IMG/VR virus record: IMGVR_UViG_3300035698_004821
Span: 1 to 64,000 of that record
Reading direction: 5' to 3' (one strand)
DNA from: a virus
DNA: 64,000 nucleotides
The first letter of the stretch is position 1. The number at the start of each line of letters is the position of its first letter. Made by a program: the position numbers and the translations under genes. This document shows, in pieces, positions 48,172 through 57,869 of this stretch. Below the pieces are notes generated by a model, which was not told the origin of the DNA, searched no databases, and saw only the letters and a list, made by a program, of their open reading frames with translations.

Positions 48172-51100
48172 TCAATAAAAGAGCAACCGTGGGTGGGCTA
48201 GCTCCCACCTCATTCCATAGGGGTAAGGTCCTCTACCCCCGAGTAGACGTGTCCTCACTATCTAATTGGACATTGACTAATGGCAGGGTGAGCTTCACCT
48301 TTCTAGAAGATATTACTACTGGAGTACGCTTGGCCAACTGGGAGGAAAGTTCCTTCTCAGCACCCACCGTTAACCAGTCTAAGAATCTATGGTCTATGGG
48401 TATGCTCAGCAAGTACACGCTACACAACGCGTCAACAACAAGATTCAACACATATGTGGTCTACCCTAGAAAGGCCAACTTTGTAGGTCCTGCACCTCTA
48501 CCTGTTGAGAACGGTACTGTCAAATCATTCACGTTTCAATGGACAAACGTGGCGTACGATAGAAAGAACCCAACGTACACCTGCTCCGTTACTCTAGTTG
48601 CCTCATTAGACACTGAAGAAGATAGTCTGGATATGCAACTGCAGGTTGATGCCGATCAAGCTTACACGTCCCATGATCTTGATCTTCTGTATTCCGACGC
48701 AGTGCACTACCTGGGGATGCCTACGCTCATCTTTCAGAAGGACGCTGACGAGGCAGTTAACAAGGGTTCTTTCGTAACTAACTCAAGCGGTTACGGGTAC
48801 ACGTACCTTAACCCTTTTAAGCACCTAAGGGCCCCTAGATATGAAGCAGAGTCTATTCAGTTTAGCCATCTAGGGAACAGGGCATATGCTGCTGGCCAAC
48901 CTAGTGCTCCACTCGCAGCTCTCTTTAAGTATAACTACGGGTCTCCCGGTGGTTTCTCCATTCCGGCTATGGTGTATGGCAATAGGGATACCAAGGAAGG
49001 TACTCTGATTTACGGGCTAGACACAGAAGGAACTAACCCTAAAGCCTTTCAGTTCTACTTAGACGATGCAAACCTATTCATCAAGACGGCACACATCTCT
49101 GATGAAGCCTTTGACCCCTACGGTGTTGGCGGTTACGTCAATGACTCAGGTGGACAGAATTACTCGATACAAAATAAACCCACCTGGTCACTAAGGATAC
49201 ACCCATTCAAGTCCACCACTAAATGGGCAGATTGGTATGGCTATGGACTGTACAGGGATACAGTAATTGACAAGCAAGAAGCTTACGGCTGGCTGCCTCC
49301 TAGCTTCTATGACAGGTACCAAGCAGGAGAGATAAGCAAGCAGGCTGCAGAAGTACCTATGATACTTAATACCTTTGGTTTCACAACTGGAGATATGAGC
49401 ACACTTCCGATTGCTGCTGACTATTACAGATACCTGTATACAAATGCAATCAATCCGGGACACACTACTCCTCCTGTCATACCTATACACTACCAAACTG
49501 CTGAGCTGAACTTCGACACTAATAGAAGAACGGGTGAGGCTGATCCTGCAGCGACTTACAATGGCTGGGAACCGTGGGCTGGACATGGTACAGGTATTGA
49601 TCACTTTGGCCCTGAGGCATATAAGGCCCCGGACTACACAGGGCTTAATGCCAATTCATCGGGAGCGTTCTACGAACTAGCTGCCACAGGTCACCTACCT
49701 TATTCATATAACGCATACCCATTCACTATATCCTCTGGCTCTGTGTGGACACAAACGTATAGCGGCATTGACCTCATTGGTAAAGCCATCAACGAGTCAT
49801 CTACACGCATAACAAATGATATATATAGGGCCTGGGCATATGATGGTCAAGCTCCTGGTATCTTTGGTGGAGGCTTTAGTGCTTGCTTTGTTCCTCAGGT
49901 GAACAAAGATAAGAATAAGCTGATAGCCGCCACCCAAGGTCTGCAAGGGATGAACAACTACCACGACACCTTAGGTGCCTGGGGTAGAGGTTGTACTGCA
50001 GAGTCCCACGTACATTATGACCCCACCTTAAAGAAGGAAGTAGTCACTACCCACCCTAGATCCGTGTTCTCCCGTTACTATAACAGGAAGATGGTAGAGT
50101 GGTCTGATGAATGGACCGTAGCCTCAACTAGTGGCTTTCGAACTAAGTTTGGTAATGACGCAGGTTCGTATGGTATAAAGGACTGGAAGATGGGTCAGAG
50201 TGCTGAGTTCCCTGTAGACCTTAACCTATCAAATGTACCTATTGCCCTTATCTATGAATCAGTAGGCCCCATCTTTAATGCGTACGTCCACGATGTTTTA
50301 AATCCTAGAACAGATGTCACGTCTGTACCTTTAATAGACAACCTATCCGACCAATCTATAGCTAGTGGTGTGGCTCTTGGAATAACACAATACGCGTGCC
50401 ACATCGAGCCACCGAACTGGCTTCAACGTTGCCCCGTAGCTAAGATAGCTCTAAACGATAGGATGACCCAGAATGAATGGCATGCTGTCTACGCATCTAA
50501 TGCCTCACCTGTCTTCTGGAGGAATGAGGCACCCACTGGAGTAGGTGCATACGGTCAGTCGTTCTACTCAACGGGCACCAGCGAAAGACAAGCTATGGAC
50601 TGGGCATCATTTGCTCTTACTCAATGGCCCTACTCAAACAACCTAAGCGTGTGGCATGTGAGTAATCAGTTTGAATTCATCAACCCAGCATACGGCGAGA
50701 TCGTTAGTAATGAGAATGAAGTATTCCAATCGGGTGTATGGAGTGGCTATGCAGAAGACCTACTAACTAGGATGATCCGTATCCAATCATACAACCCTGA
50801 TTTCATACATCATGGTGATATGCTATATCCTCTGGATAGTTATTCAGTAGATAGGAGTGTAGAGAATGCGGGAACCAATGGTTTCCTCCGCTCTCAGCAC
50901 CCCAATAATGAGGACATTGACTCCCTTGTCACAGGCGACGAAAAAGTAACCCACTTTGTCAGGCGACATAGAGAGAATGGTAACCTGCTTATTGCTATAG
51001 GTAACTGGTTCTCAGGTAGTAGCTCTTTCCAGGCTACCTTCGATCCGGATACGTATGAAATAACTAATGGCTATCAGGTGTATTCTCTGGATGTAAACAC

Positions 51101-52844
51101 CGTTAACCATGGCACTAAGACCTTAGACACTATTGTTGAAGCGGGTGCCAACTTCCACATAAACCTCAACCTAGATCAATATGAGTTCAAGGTGTACGAG
51201 ATAGAGGTCAACCAGGGTCAACTGGACAATGAAGTCTTTGCTGACCTACGGACAGACTACACTCCCGTAGCCTACGGCTACTCAATACAAGACGTCTCTA
51301 TGGATAGCTTGTCAATGGCTTACTCATACGGTAGTATAAGTCTTGGAGATCTTGAAGCTCGTCAAGAAGGGTTCAAGTCTCCGGCCACGCAAGAGATACT
51401 AAACAATCTCCCGCAGTGGATGAAGATGAGGCAGAGCACAGAGTCCGATGGCTGGAAGCTAACCAACACATGGGGCATGGCCCTAGAAAGGGTAGTAGAG
51501 AATGCAGAAAAGAACACCACCAACCTAAACATCATCACGGCAGAGACATACCCCCTTAGCAAGGTCACACACATAGATATAACATCCAAAGATCTCCTGG
51601 AACCCAGAAATGCTAGGAACCTTTTGTTCAACTCGTCCTTTTCTATAAAGGATGTTAGCAGATCCAAGATGCCAGCCGGCTGGGAGAAGTACACGGCTGA
51701 CCAGTCTACGGCTCTCAGCGACAGGAGTACTGGTATAACTTGTTGCTCCCTAGTCTCCCCATCTGGTAAGATGAAGGTAGGGCAAGGCGCCATACTAGGT
51801 AATGTCATGATAGGGAAGATGTATGCATCCGTGTACGTTCTATGTGACGCGCCTAACACTGATATCACACTCCATGTGTCTGTCGAACAAACGGATGCTG
51901 TTAACAACGCAAGCCAAGCCAAGATAACTAGTAGATCAGCCGAGTGGGTAAGACTAGTACTGCCTATAGATGTTAATAGCCAGGTGTACAGAGTCAACTT
52001 CTCCATCACAACCAACTGCAATAACCCCGTTATCATCGCTGCCCCTCAGTTAGAAGTGGGGTCTCTAACAGCTTGGTCTAAGTCACTGCTTGACACGCTG
52101 CCTTATGAGCCTGCTAGTTCTATCTTCAACCTAGTCTACTCTCACTCCAACGAAATTAATACAAGAAAGATAGTCGTGCACCCTATATCTGAAGAAGATA
52201 GATTCATTAACGTTAGCAGGCCTACGAGAATAGAAAGAACCTCAGCACCTATAAGGGATATAGAGCCCTACTCCAGTGCCGCATTCGGCAGGAAGGTTGA
52301 CCAACTAGGTGAAGTAACTCGTACCGAGTTCTCAGTACTAAACGGTCAAGTAGCAGAAAGATCTATAGCCCCGTCCAACTGGGACATCTTTGGTAGGTAT
52401 AACATTAAAGATCTAAGGTTCTATGAGGAACTAAGATATGGCACAAGAGATGACTCTAGTGTAACTATACTGCCTGTAGTGGCAGCCGTAAGAAATGACA
52501 TCCTGTACGTCGTCTGCAAAGAGACGTCCAATGGTGAAACTAACTATGTGGTTAAGATAATCGACCCTAGGACCCCACCTAATGGTGAGGACTACCTAGA
52601 GTCAGTGATAGACTTTGACCTTGATCTAAATTTTGATAAGACGTTTAGCATAGAATCACAAATAGATGAAAAGGTGTTCTCTATATCTTTCTCAGATATC
52701 GAGCCCACTTATATGATCATCACTACTACAAATAACATAAGCTGTTACTACAAGTTGCACTTCGATTATTACTACTTTAATAATTCAAAAAATAGACTGT
52801 ACCTTGTAGAGTCTTACCCTGAAGCTAATATATCAGTTATCTAA
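48168..52844 (+). CDS. 1558-aa baseplate protein: DUF6259-like glycoside-hydrolase-type region fused to wedge and carbohydrate-binding domains
   Basis: YHDTLG..GRGC..SHVH and SAEFP resemble DUF6259. TQEILNNLPQWMKMR is wedge-like. RNLLFNSSF...PQLEVG is a CBM-like signature. Confidence 0.5.
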   Translation: MINKRATVGGLAPTSFHRGKVLYPRVDVSSLSNWTLTNGRVSFTFLEDITTGVRLANWEESSFSAPTVNQSKNLWSMGMLSKYTLHNASTTRFNTYVVYPRKANFVGPAPLPVENGTVKSFTFQWTNVAYDRKNPTYTCSVTLVASLDTEEDSLDMQLQVDADQAYTSHDLDLLYSDAVHYLGMPTLIFQKDADEAVNKGSFVTNSSGYGYTYLNPFKHLRAPRYEAESIQFSHLGNRAYAAGQPSAPLAALFKYNYGSPGGFSIPAMVYGNRDTKEGTLIYGLDTEGTNPKAFQFYLDDANLFIKTAHISDEAFDPYGVGGYVNDSGGQNYSIQNKPTWSLRIHPFKSTTKWADWYGYGLYRDTVIDKQEAYGWLPPSFYDRYQAGEISKQAAEVPMILNTFGFTTGDMSTLPIAADYYRYLYTNAINPGHTTPPVIPIHYQTAELNFDTNRRTGEADPAATYNGWEPWAGHGTGIDHFGPEAYKAPDYTGLNANSSGAFYELAATGHLPYSYNAYPFTISSGSVWTQTYSGIDLIGKAINESSTRITNDIYRAWAYDGQAPGIFGGGFSACFVPQVNKDKNKLIAATQGLQGMNNYHDTLGAWGRGCTAESHVHYDPTLKKEVVTTHPRSVFSRYYNRKMVEWSDEWTVASTSGFRTKFGNDAGSYGIKDWKMGQSAEFPVDLNLSNVPIALIYESVGPIFNAYVHDVLNPRTDVTSVPLIDNLSDQSIASGVALGITQYACHIEPPNWLQRCPVAKIALNDRMTQNEWHAVYASNASPVFWRNEAPTGVGAYGQSFYSTGTSERQAMDWASFALTQWPYSNNLSVWHVSNQFEFINPAYGEIVSNENEVFQSGVWSGYAEDLLTRMIRIQSYNPDFIHHGDMLYPLDSYSVDRSVENAGTNGFLRSQHPNNEDIDSLVTGDEKVTHFVRRHRENGNLLIAIGNWFSGSSSFQATFDPDTYEITNGYQVYSLDVNTVNHGTKTLDTIVEAGANFHINLNLDQYEFKVYEIEVNQGQLDNEVFADLRTDYTPVAYGYSIQDVSMDSLSMAYSYGSISLGDLEARQEGFKSPATQEILNNLPQWMKMRQSTESDGWKLTNTWGMALERVVENAEKNTTNLNIITAETYPLSKVTHIDITSKDLLEPRNARNLLFNSSFSIKDVSRSKMPAGWEKYTADQSTALSDRSTGITCCSLVSPSGKMKVGQGAILGNVMIGKMYASVYVLCDAPNTDITLHVSVEQTDAVNNASQAKITSRSAEWVRLVLPIDVNSQVYRVNFSITTNCNNPVIIAAPQLEVGSLTAWSKSLLDTLPYEPASSIFNLVYSHSNEINTRKIVVHPISEEDRFINVSRPTRIERTSAPIRDIEPYSSAAFGRKVDQLGEVTRTEFSVLNGQVAERSIAPSNWDIFGRYNIKDLRFYEELRYGTRDDSSVTILPVVAAVRNDILYVVCKETSNGETNYVVKIIDPRTPPNGEDYLESVIDFDLDLNFDKTFSIESQIDEKVFSISFSDIEPTYMIITTTNNISCYYKLHFDYYYFNNSKNRLYLVESYPEANISVI

Positions 52845-52845
52845 C

Positions 52846-55275
52846 ATGACATACCCTATATTCTCTGATCACGCACCCACTGGGGAGAACGCTACAAAGG
52901 TAGTGTCCCCCAACTCATATAGTACAGCCGGCAGAACTATCGGGTACCCTAACCGGTTTGATGTGTACGTCCAGCATCTTTCTGATGCCGACGGATCTAA
53001 ATCTGTCATAGAGTCCAGAGAGGTTGCTGACCTCATTGGTAGTCGACTATACCTGCACCACAGGCCTATGGTCAACTCAGACGGGACACCATCTACGATA
53101 TCTGCATCCGACGGCACTATAGACTCCTCGTTTACCAACGCTTCTCAAAGTTATATCGTATTCTCTGTCCTACCAACTGCAGCCTTCACGGTCAGCTATG
53201 TGGCTGTACCAGATTGTGACCTATCTTGGAGTGTTAATAATCTGCAGAACTCTGTTATGGAGCTTCAAGGGCAGTTAGGACCAGACAACGATACTGACTA
53301 CCCAGGCATCAAGAACCTCAAGATAGCTACGTTCAATAACCCCACAGGCTTTACGGCCGACGGCGTGCTGAATAATGGTGTTCACTTACCTCACCTGGAC
53401 CAGAACATAACCATAGCCTCTAGTGATGACCCTACCCTACAGATACTGAGAGGTACCGGATACACCATCCAGATTGGACGAGAGGCTGATAACATCATCG
53501 TAGACGGCGAGAGCTTCACTGTAACGCAATCAGATGGATCAAAGGTATCAGAGATCAATCTAGGAACTAAGACCGGAGACTCGATCTGGTGGAAGGGTGT
53601 GGCATCAGGAGCTGGTCCTCTCTCACTAGGTGGCCCAGAATGGGCTGGCTACTCAGGTGTCGTGTTCGCTGGTGACCTTACAGGGGCCTACTACACAGGC
53701 TCAATGCTGCGAGTACATGGTGACGCCTCCTTTATGGGAAACGTTAAAGCCATAGGTAACATCACAATTATCAACAGCACAGGAAGCACATCTACTGTCA
53801 TAGGTGACTGGACTATCCGAGACGAGCTGTTTGTAGAAGGCATCTCTCACCTACAGGGCCCGACCATAACTAGTCAATTAACCGTACAAGAGAACCTACA
53901 CCTAGACAAGGACCTCATAGCTAATAACGCGGCAGGTCAAGGTGGAGGAGGCCAATCTCTGGTTGATGGTTTAGATTGCTCTGAGATAGCTTGGACGTAC
54001 AATACAAGTATTAAAGCTAGACATGCTAACAGTGTTGTCTCTGCTCCGATGAACACATCCTACGCCGACCCTAAGAATGTAACCTATAGACCCTGGATGT
54101 CACTAGGCCCAGACAGCCTGGTTGGTGATATCTTTGCTATCACAGGGTCACTGAATGCTACGGCGTCTAGTTCCGGCGCTCACCCACATATACTCCAACT
54201 ACTAATGAATGTCTCTATGGTCAGCGGCACCTACAGTGAGTATGGCTATGAGTCAGGTTACTGGTCACCTGGTATGATGGAGCCAGGATCTATGTGGATC
54301 AAGATGCTAGACGGCCAGGCACAGGGATTCAACTCGCCTATCTACGGACACACAGTGGAAGAGACGGGTACGGTTAATACACTAACGAGACTTAATGTCT
54401 TCCTTCCGGAAGCCATCTCCAACCCCCCTCAAACGAATAACAACTACATACTGTACAACCCGGGCTCTGTTCGGTACAACACAGTAAGTGCTGCTGGTGG
54501 AGCAGGACCCACTTTCTCTATCAACGCGTCAACTACAGAGCCTTTAGCTCTGTCATTCGAGGACTCAGTCCGAGTAATGAAGTCTAACTCCTCATCATAC
54601 TCACTGACTGCTGCTCTCAACAGTTCAGTCTCAGGCTTAGGTGGCTCACCTGTAACAGGTGTCGCTTACATCTATGCGGATGCTAATGGCACTGACCCTG
54701 AGAACCCACCTATCTTTAAGGCAAGACCAACTTCCATACGTATGAAGAACCAGACACCGGTCGGCGAGGTCGTGGCATCCACCAATGGGGCCACATGGAC
54801 TATCCTAGATACTGTATCATACAGACCGAATGGACATTATGACTCAGCTTGGATACCTATCTTCAATGACGAAAACGTATCAGAGGTCTCTGGTCGTTGT
54901 GTGCCCGGCTTTACGAGTGACTCGACGGACTACCTACAGGTATACTTCCACCATGATCTTGGGACAGACCTAGACATTGGTAACATCTCGGCTAACCTAT
55001 TCTTAGGTTCCCGCGCATCTGCTACACCTGATTGGAATCAAACTCATACGCCTATGTACAGTTTCTTTGGCCAAGACAGTAGAAACCCTCATGGTATATC
55101 TGGGTCCTTTACTCACGTGTCTCTAGGTGCAAAGAGTGTGCCCAATGCTGTGGGTGACGCAGAAGCTTCTATCTTCTTCTTAGATAGTTCACTAATAGGT
55201 ATTGATATAAGCCCTGGACTCCTAGCAGGTGCACAACAAAACTACCTAAGACTATCCGTAAACAAGAATAACTAG
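52846..55275 (+). CDS. Tail fibre/baseplate protein (809 aa)
   Basis: VNNLQNSVMELQ coiled segment, then beta-roll-like LRVHGDASF.GNV..IGNITI repeats. Confidence 0.55.
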   Translation: MTYPIFSDHAPTGENATKVVSPNSYSTAGRTIGYPNRFDVYVQHLSDADGSKSVIESREVADLIGSRLYLHHRPMVNSDGTPSTISASDGTIDSSFTNASQSYIVFSVLPTAAFTVSYVAVPDCDLSWSVNNLQNSVMELQGQLGPDNDTDYPGIKNLKIATFNNPTGFTADGVLNNGVHLPHLDQNITIASSDDPTLQILRGTGYTIQIGREADNIIVDGESFTVTQSDGSKVSEINLGTKTGDSIWWKGVASGAGPLSLGGPEWAGYSGVVFAGDLTGAYYTGSMLRVHGDASFMGNVKAIGNITIINSTGSTSTVIGDWTIRDELFVEGISHLQGPTITSQLTVQENLHLDKDLIANNAAGQGGGGQSLVDGLDCSEIAWTYNTSIKARHANSVVSAPMNTSYADPKNVTYRPWMSLGPDSLVGDIFAITGSLNATASSSGAHPHILQLLMNVSMVSGTYSEYGYESGYWSPGMMEPGSMWIKMLDGQAQGFNSPIYGHTVEETGTVNTLTRLNVFLPEAISNPPQTNNNYILYNPGSVRYNTVSAAGGAGPTFSINASTTEPLALSFEDSVRVMKSNSSSYSLTAALNSSVSGLGGSPVTGVAYIYADANGTDPENPPIFKARPTSIRMKNQTPVGEVVASTNGATWTILDTVSYRPNGHYDSAWIPIFNDENVSEVSGRCVPGFTSDSTDYLQVYFHHDLGTDLDIGNISANLFLGSRASATPDWNQTHTPMYSFFGQDSRNPHGISGSFTHVSLGAKSVPNAVGDAEASIFFLDSSLIGIDISPGLLAGAQQNYLRLSVNKNN

Positions 55276-55277
55276 AT

Positions 55278-57869
55278 ATGACTTCTGATGACAGATTCTA
55301 TGTCTGTGAGGCTCTGGGATTTCCAGAGGTTTCACAGTACGACTATCAAACCAACCTTCCTATCCGAGGAGTCAACGACAGAGACTTCAGGTGGGAAGAG
55401 GTAGCAGTAAAATCTGTCTATCTACTTCAAGAGGCTACAGTGAGTGGCTCCTTTGAGTTGAACTCCTATCTTACAGACTTCTCCGTACCCAATCCAACAG
55501 GTGTCAACTATATAACTAGTGGCCTAACATCTAATAGTATGACGTATGATGGGTGGACTATAACAGGTAGCAGCACATTCTATATCGGAATGTCTGGTGT
55601 CCAGGTAACTAGTGGAGCTATACCAGGAGTCACGGAAGACTTTTACGCACACCCCATAGCAGGTAACGATGCTGTAGGTCTTTACTGTAGAAGCGGCAGT
55701 CAGTTCCCTGGCATGATTTCCACAGCTATGTCAACTGGAGAAGAGGGCCCTATTGTGCTCTCTAATACTCACCAGGTTTACATGCGTGCTAAGCTCAACT
55801 ACGGGGAGAGTGGCAGGATACACCCAGTTATGCGAGGGTGGTCTGCTGGTAGTATTGTTGCGTACTACAACCCATTCAGTGGTTACTGGGATACGACGGA
55901 GCCTGATGAAGGTTACTCCGTGTCTGCTACTGGCTACACAACAGTTAAGTATCAGTTCCTAGCTAACAACTTTCCTGCTGCTACACCCACCTCATTTGAT
56001 CTGCACGTCCACAGTGACGTTAGTGGTAGTTACCTTACTGTAGATGACATCCATGTGGATGCCTTGATGAAGAAGAATGCCTTCCTGGATTACATTGTAC
56101 CTACTGGGTACATGATTCAAGTTACCCCTGACCTTGGGTGGCATGACATCACAGCCATGTTCGAGTCTGATGAGACTCTACTTAACCCTCACCTTAAGAC
56201 GTTAGGGCCATACCAAGCGGACCTTGGTAACCTAAATGATAACCTGGACAATACTGTCACAGCAGCTATAGACCTAAGTGACTTCACCACGTCTACCTCA
56301 GATAATTTCAAGAAGTATCTATGGAGAGCTATACCTATTAGCCCTAATGGGCAGCTAGGATCTGGAGGACTACCAAGTAGGTTTGACTACGTTGGTACTA
56401 TCATCGATAGCCTCTTTACTGTGACTGATGTTATTAATGAGGACACGTCCACTAACAAAACCATACTAGGTACCAAGTCTAGCTCTATGACTGTCCTAGT
56501 AGATGATATGGTGGCCTTCCCCGGTCTTGAGTACCCTTCCAGGACCACATGGAAGCTCACCCTTAGCATTAACTCACCAACTAGAACTCTTAGTCTAAAA
56601 GCTATAGACACTTCTGGTACCAGTTCCAGTATTCGTTATGTCACGCTTACGAACAAGTTGTATGAGCAGAACACCTCTGCTCTCTGGAATGTCTTTGATG
56701 AGCATGGACTCATAGCTGATGTAGTAAGGTTAGAGGACGAGAGCAACTACGATTACTCGCAGCGGATCAAGGATGCCTACGCGTTCAGGAGCAGCCCTGA
56801 CTTCGTTGGTATAGTCAATGGCTCCACTAGAGAGTTGAACCTCAAGAAGGTGCCCGACGGCATTAAGCTTAGCATTAATAAAAACCAGTACAACACATCA
56901 AAGGCAACTGACTTTGATATAGAGGTGACACCTTACTCCTTTAGATTGTTTAATGGCATGTTCACTAAGACGGAGAGACTCCTAGTCGACCCTGTTCATA
57001 GAACTATAGAGTTATCTAACCTACCTAAGGACTTGCCTTACTCAGTACGGTCTGATGTAAGTGCAGATATAAAGTTAAAGGATATCTCACTACAGCTATC
57101 CCAAGACAGCTCACGGATAACGTACAGAGCTAAGATAAACTGTAAGAGGTCTACCTTCGTAAATGTCACATACCAATACGTTGAGGAAATACTCTTTAAG
57201 AGTTACCCCACTCTTGAGTCTGTGATTAATTACATAAACCAAATAAAAGACCCGTCTGGAGAATCGATACTCACCGCTCAAATTTCTTCTCTCCTTTCGG
57301 GCAATGAACAATCCCTAGGTCTATACCTTACAGCTGCTACTCTGCCTGACACTAATGCGATAGATATTGGCTGGTCCCCCGTCTACCTAAAGAAGATGAC
57401 GGACATTGGGTACAAGGATTACTTCCTTACTGAAGACAACACACTTAAGGAGACTGAGTACTATGAGTTCGTCAATGAACTCAAGAGGAGCACTAAGGTG
57501 TTCTGGGGGCATGTAGAAACGGATAGAGATAGATGGGATGCGGCTGACAGCAAGTCACTAGGTATGGAATCTATACCCACTCTATTCGATCCACCTGTGA
57601 CTAAGATCCTATCTTTAGTTAGTGGCAAGGACGAAAGGATAGACCCTACCGTAGCATGGGGCAGAAACTACATTGGTTTCAATGGTGAGTACCTCGCGAA
57701 CTATGGTCTTAGTTCTCCTCTGTTCCAGCCTGGTGTAGCTCACACGAATGACCTTCAGCCTGACCTGTACCTCACGACCAGCTATACAAACTATGCTGAC
57801 TCCTTAGACTCCAACATAGGGCCCACGCAGAACAACAACAAAGTTGTTATCTTCTCCGGACAGAAATAA
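55278..57869 (+). CDS. Baseplate wedge-like protein (863 aa)
   Basis: WNVFDEHGL..DVVRLEDESNYDYSQRI resembles the wedge LD..G....R...E.D..YR.R motif. Confidence 0.55.
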   Translation: MTSDDRFYVCEALGFPEVSQYDYQTNLPIRGVNDRDFRWEEVAVKSVYLLQEATVSGSFELNSYLTDFSVPNPTGVNYITSGLTSNSMTYDGWTITGSSTFYIGMSGVQVTSGAIPGVTEDFYAHPIAGNDAVGLYCRSGSQFPGMISTAMSTGEEGPIVLSNTHQVYMRAKLNYGESGRIHPVMRGWSAGSIVAYYNPFSGYWDTTEPDEGYSVSATGYTTVKYQFLANNFPAATPTSFDLHVHSDVSGSYLTVDDIHVDALMKKNAFLDYIVPTGYMIQVTPDLGWHDITAMFESDETLLNPHLKTLGPYQADLGNLNDNLDNTVTAAIDLSDFTTSTSDNFKKYLWRAIPISPNGQLGSGGLPSRFDYVGTIIDSLFTVTDVINEDTSTNKTILGTKSSSMTVLVDDMVAFPGLEYPSRTTWKLTLSINSPTRTLSLKAIDTSGTSSSIRYVTLTNKLYEQNTSALWNVFDEHGLIADVVRLEDESNYDYSQRIKDAYAFRSSPDFVGIVNGSTRELNLKKVPDGIKLSINKNQYNTSKATDFDIEVTPYSFRLFNGMFTKTERLLVDPVHRTIELSNLPKDLPYSVRSDVSADIKLKDISLQLSQDSSRITYRAKINCKRSTFVNVTYQYVEEILFKSYPTLESVINYINQIKDPSGESILTAQISSLLSGNEQSLGLYLTAATLPDTNAIDIGWSPVYLKKMTDIGYKDYFLTEDNTLKETEYYEFVNELKRSTKVFWGHVETDRDRWDAADSKSLGMESIPTLFDPPVTKILSLVSGKDERIDPTVAWGRNYIGFNGEYLANYGLSSPLFQPGVAHTNDLQPDLYLTTSYTNYADSLDSNIGPTQNNNKVVIFSGQK

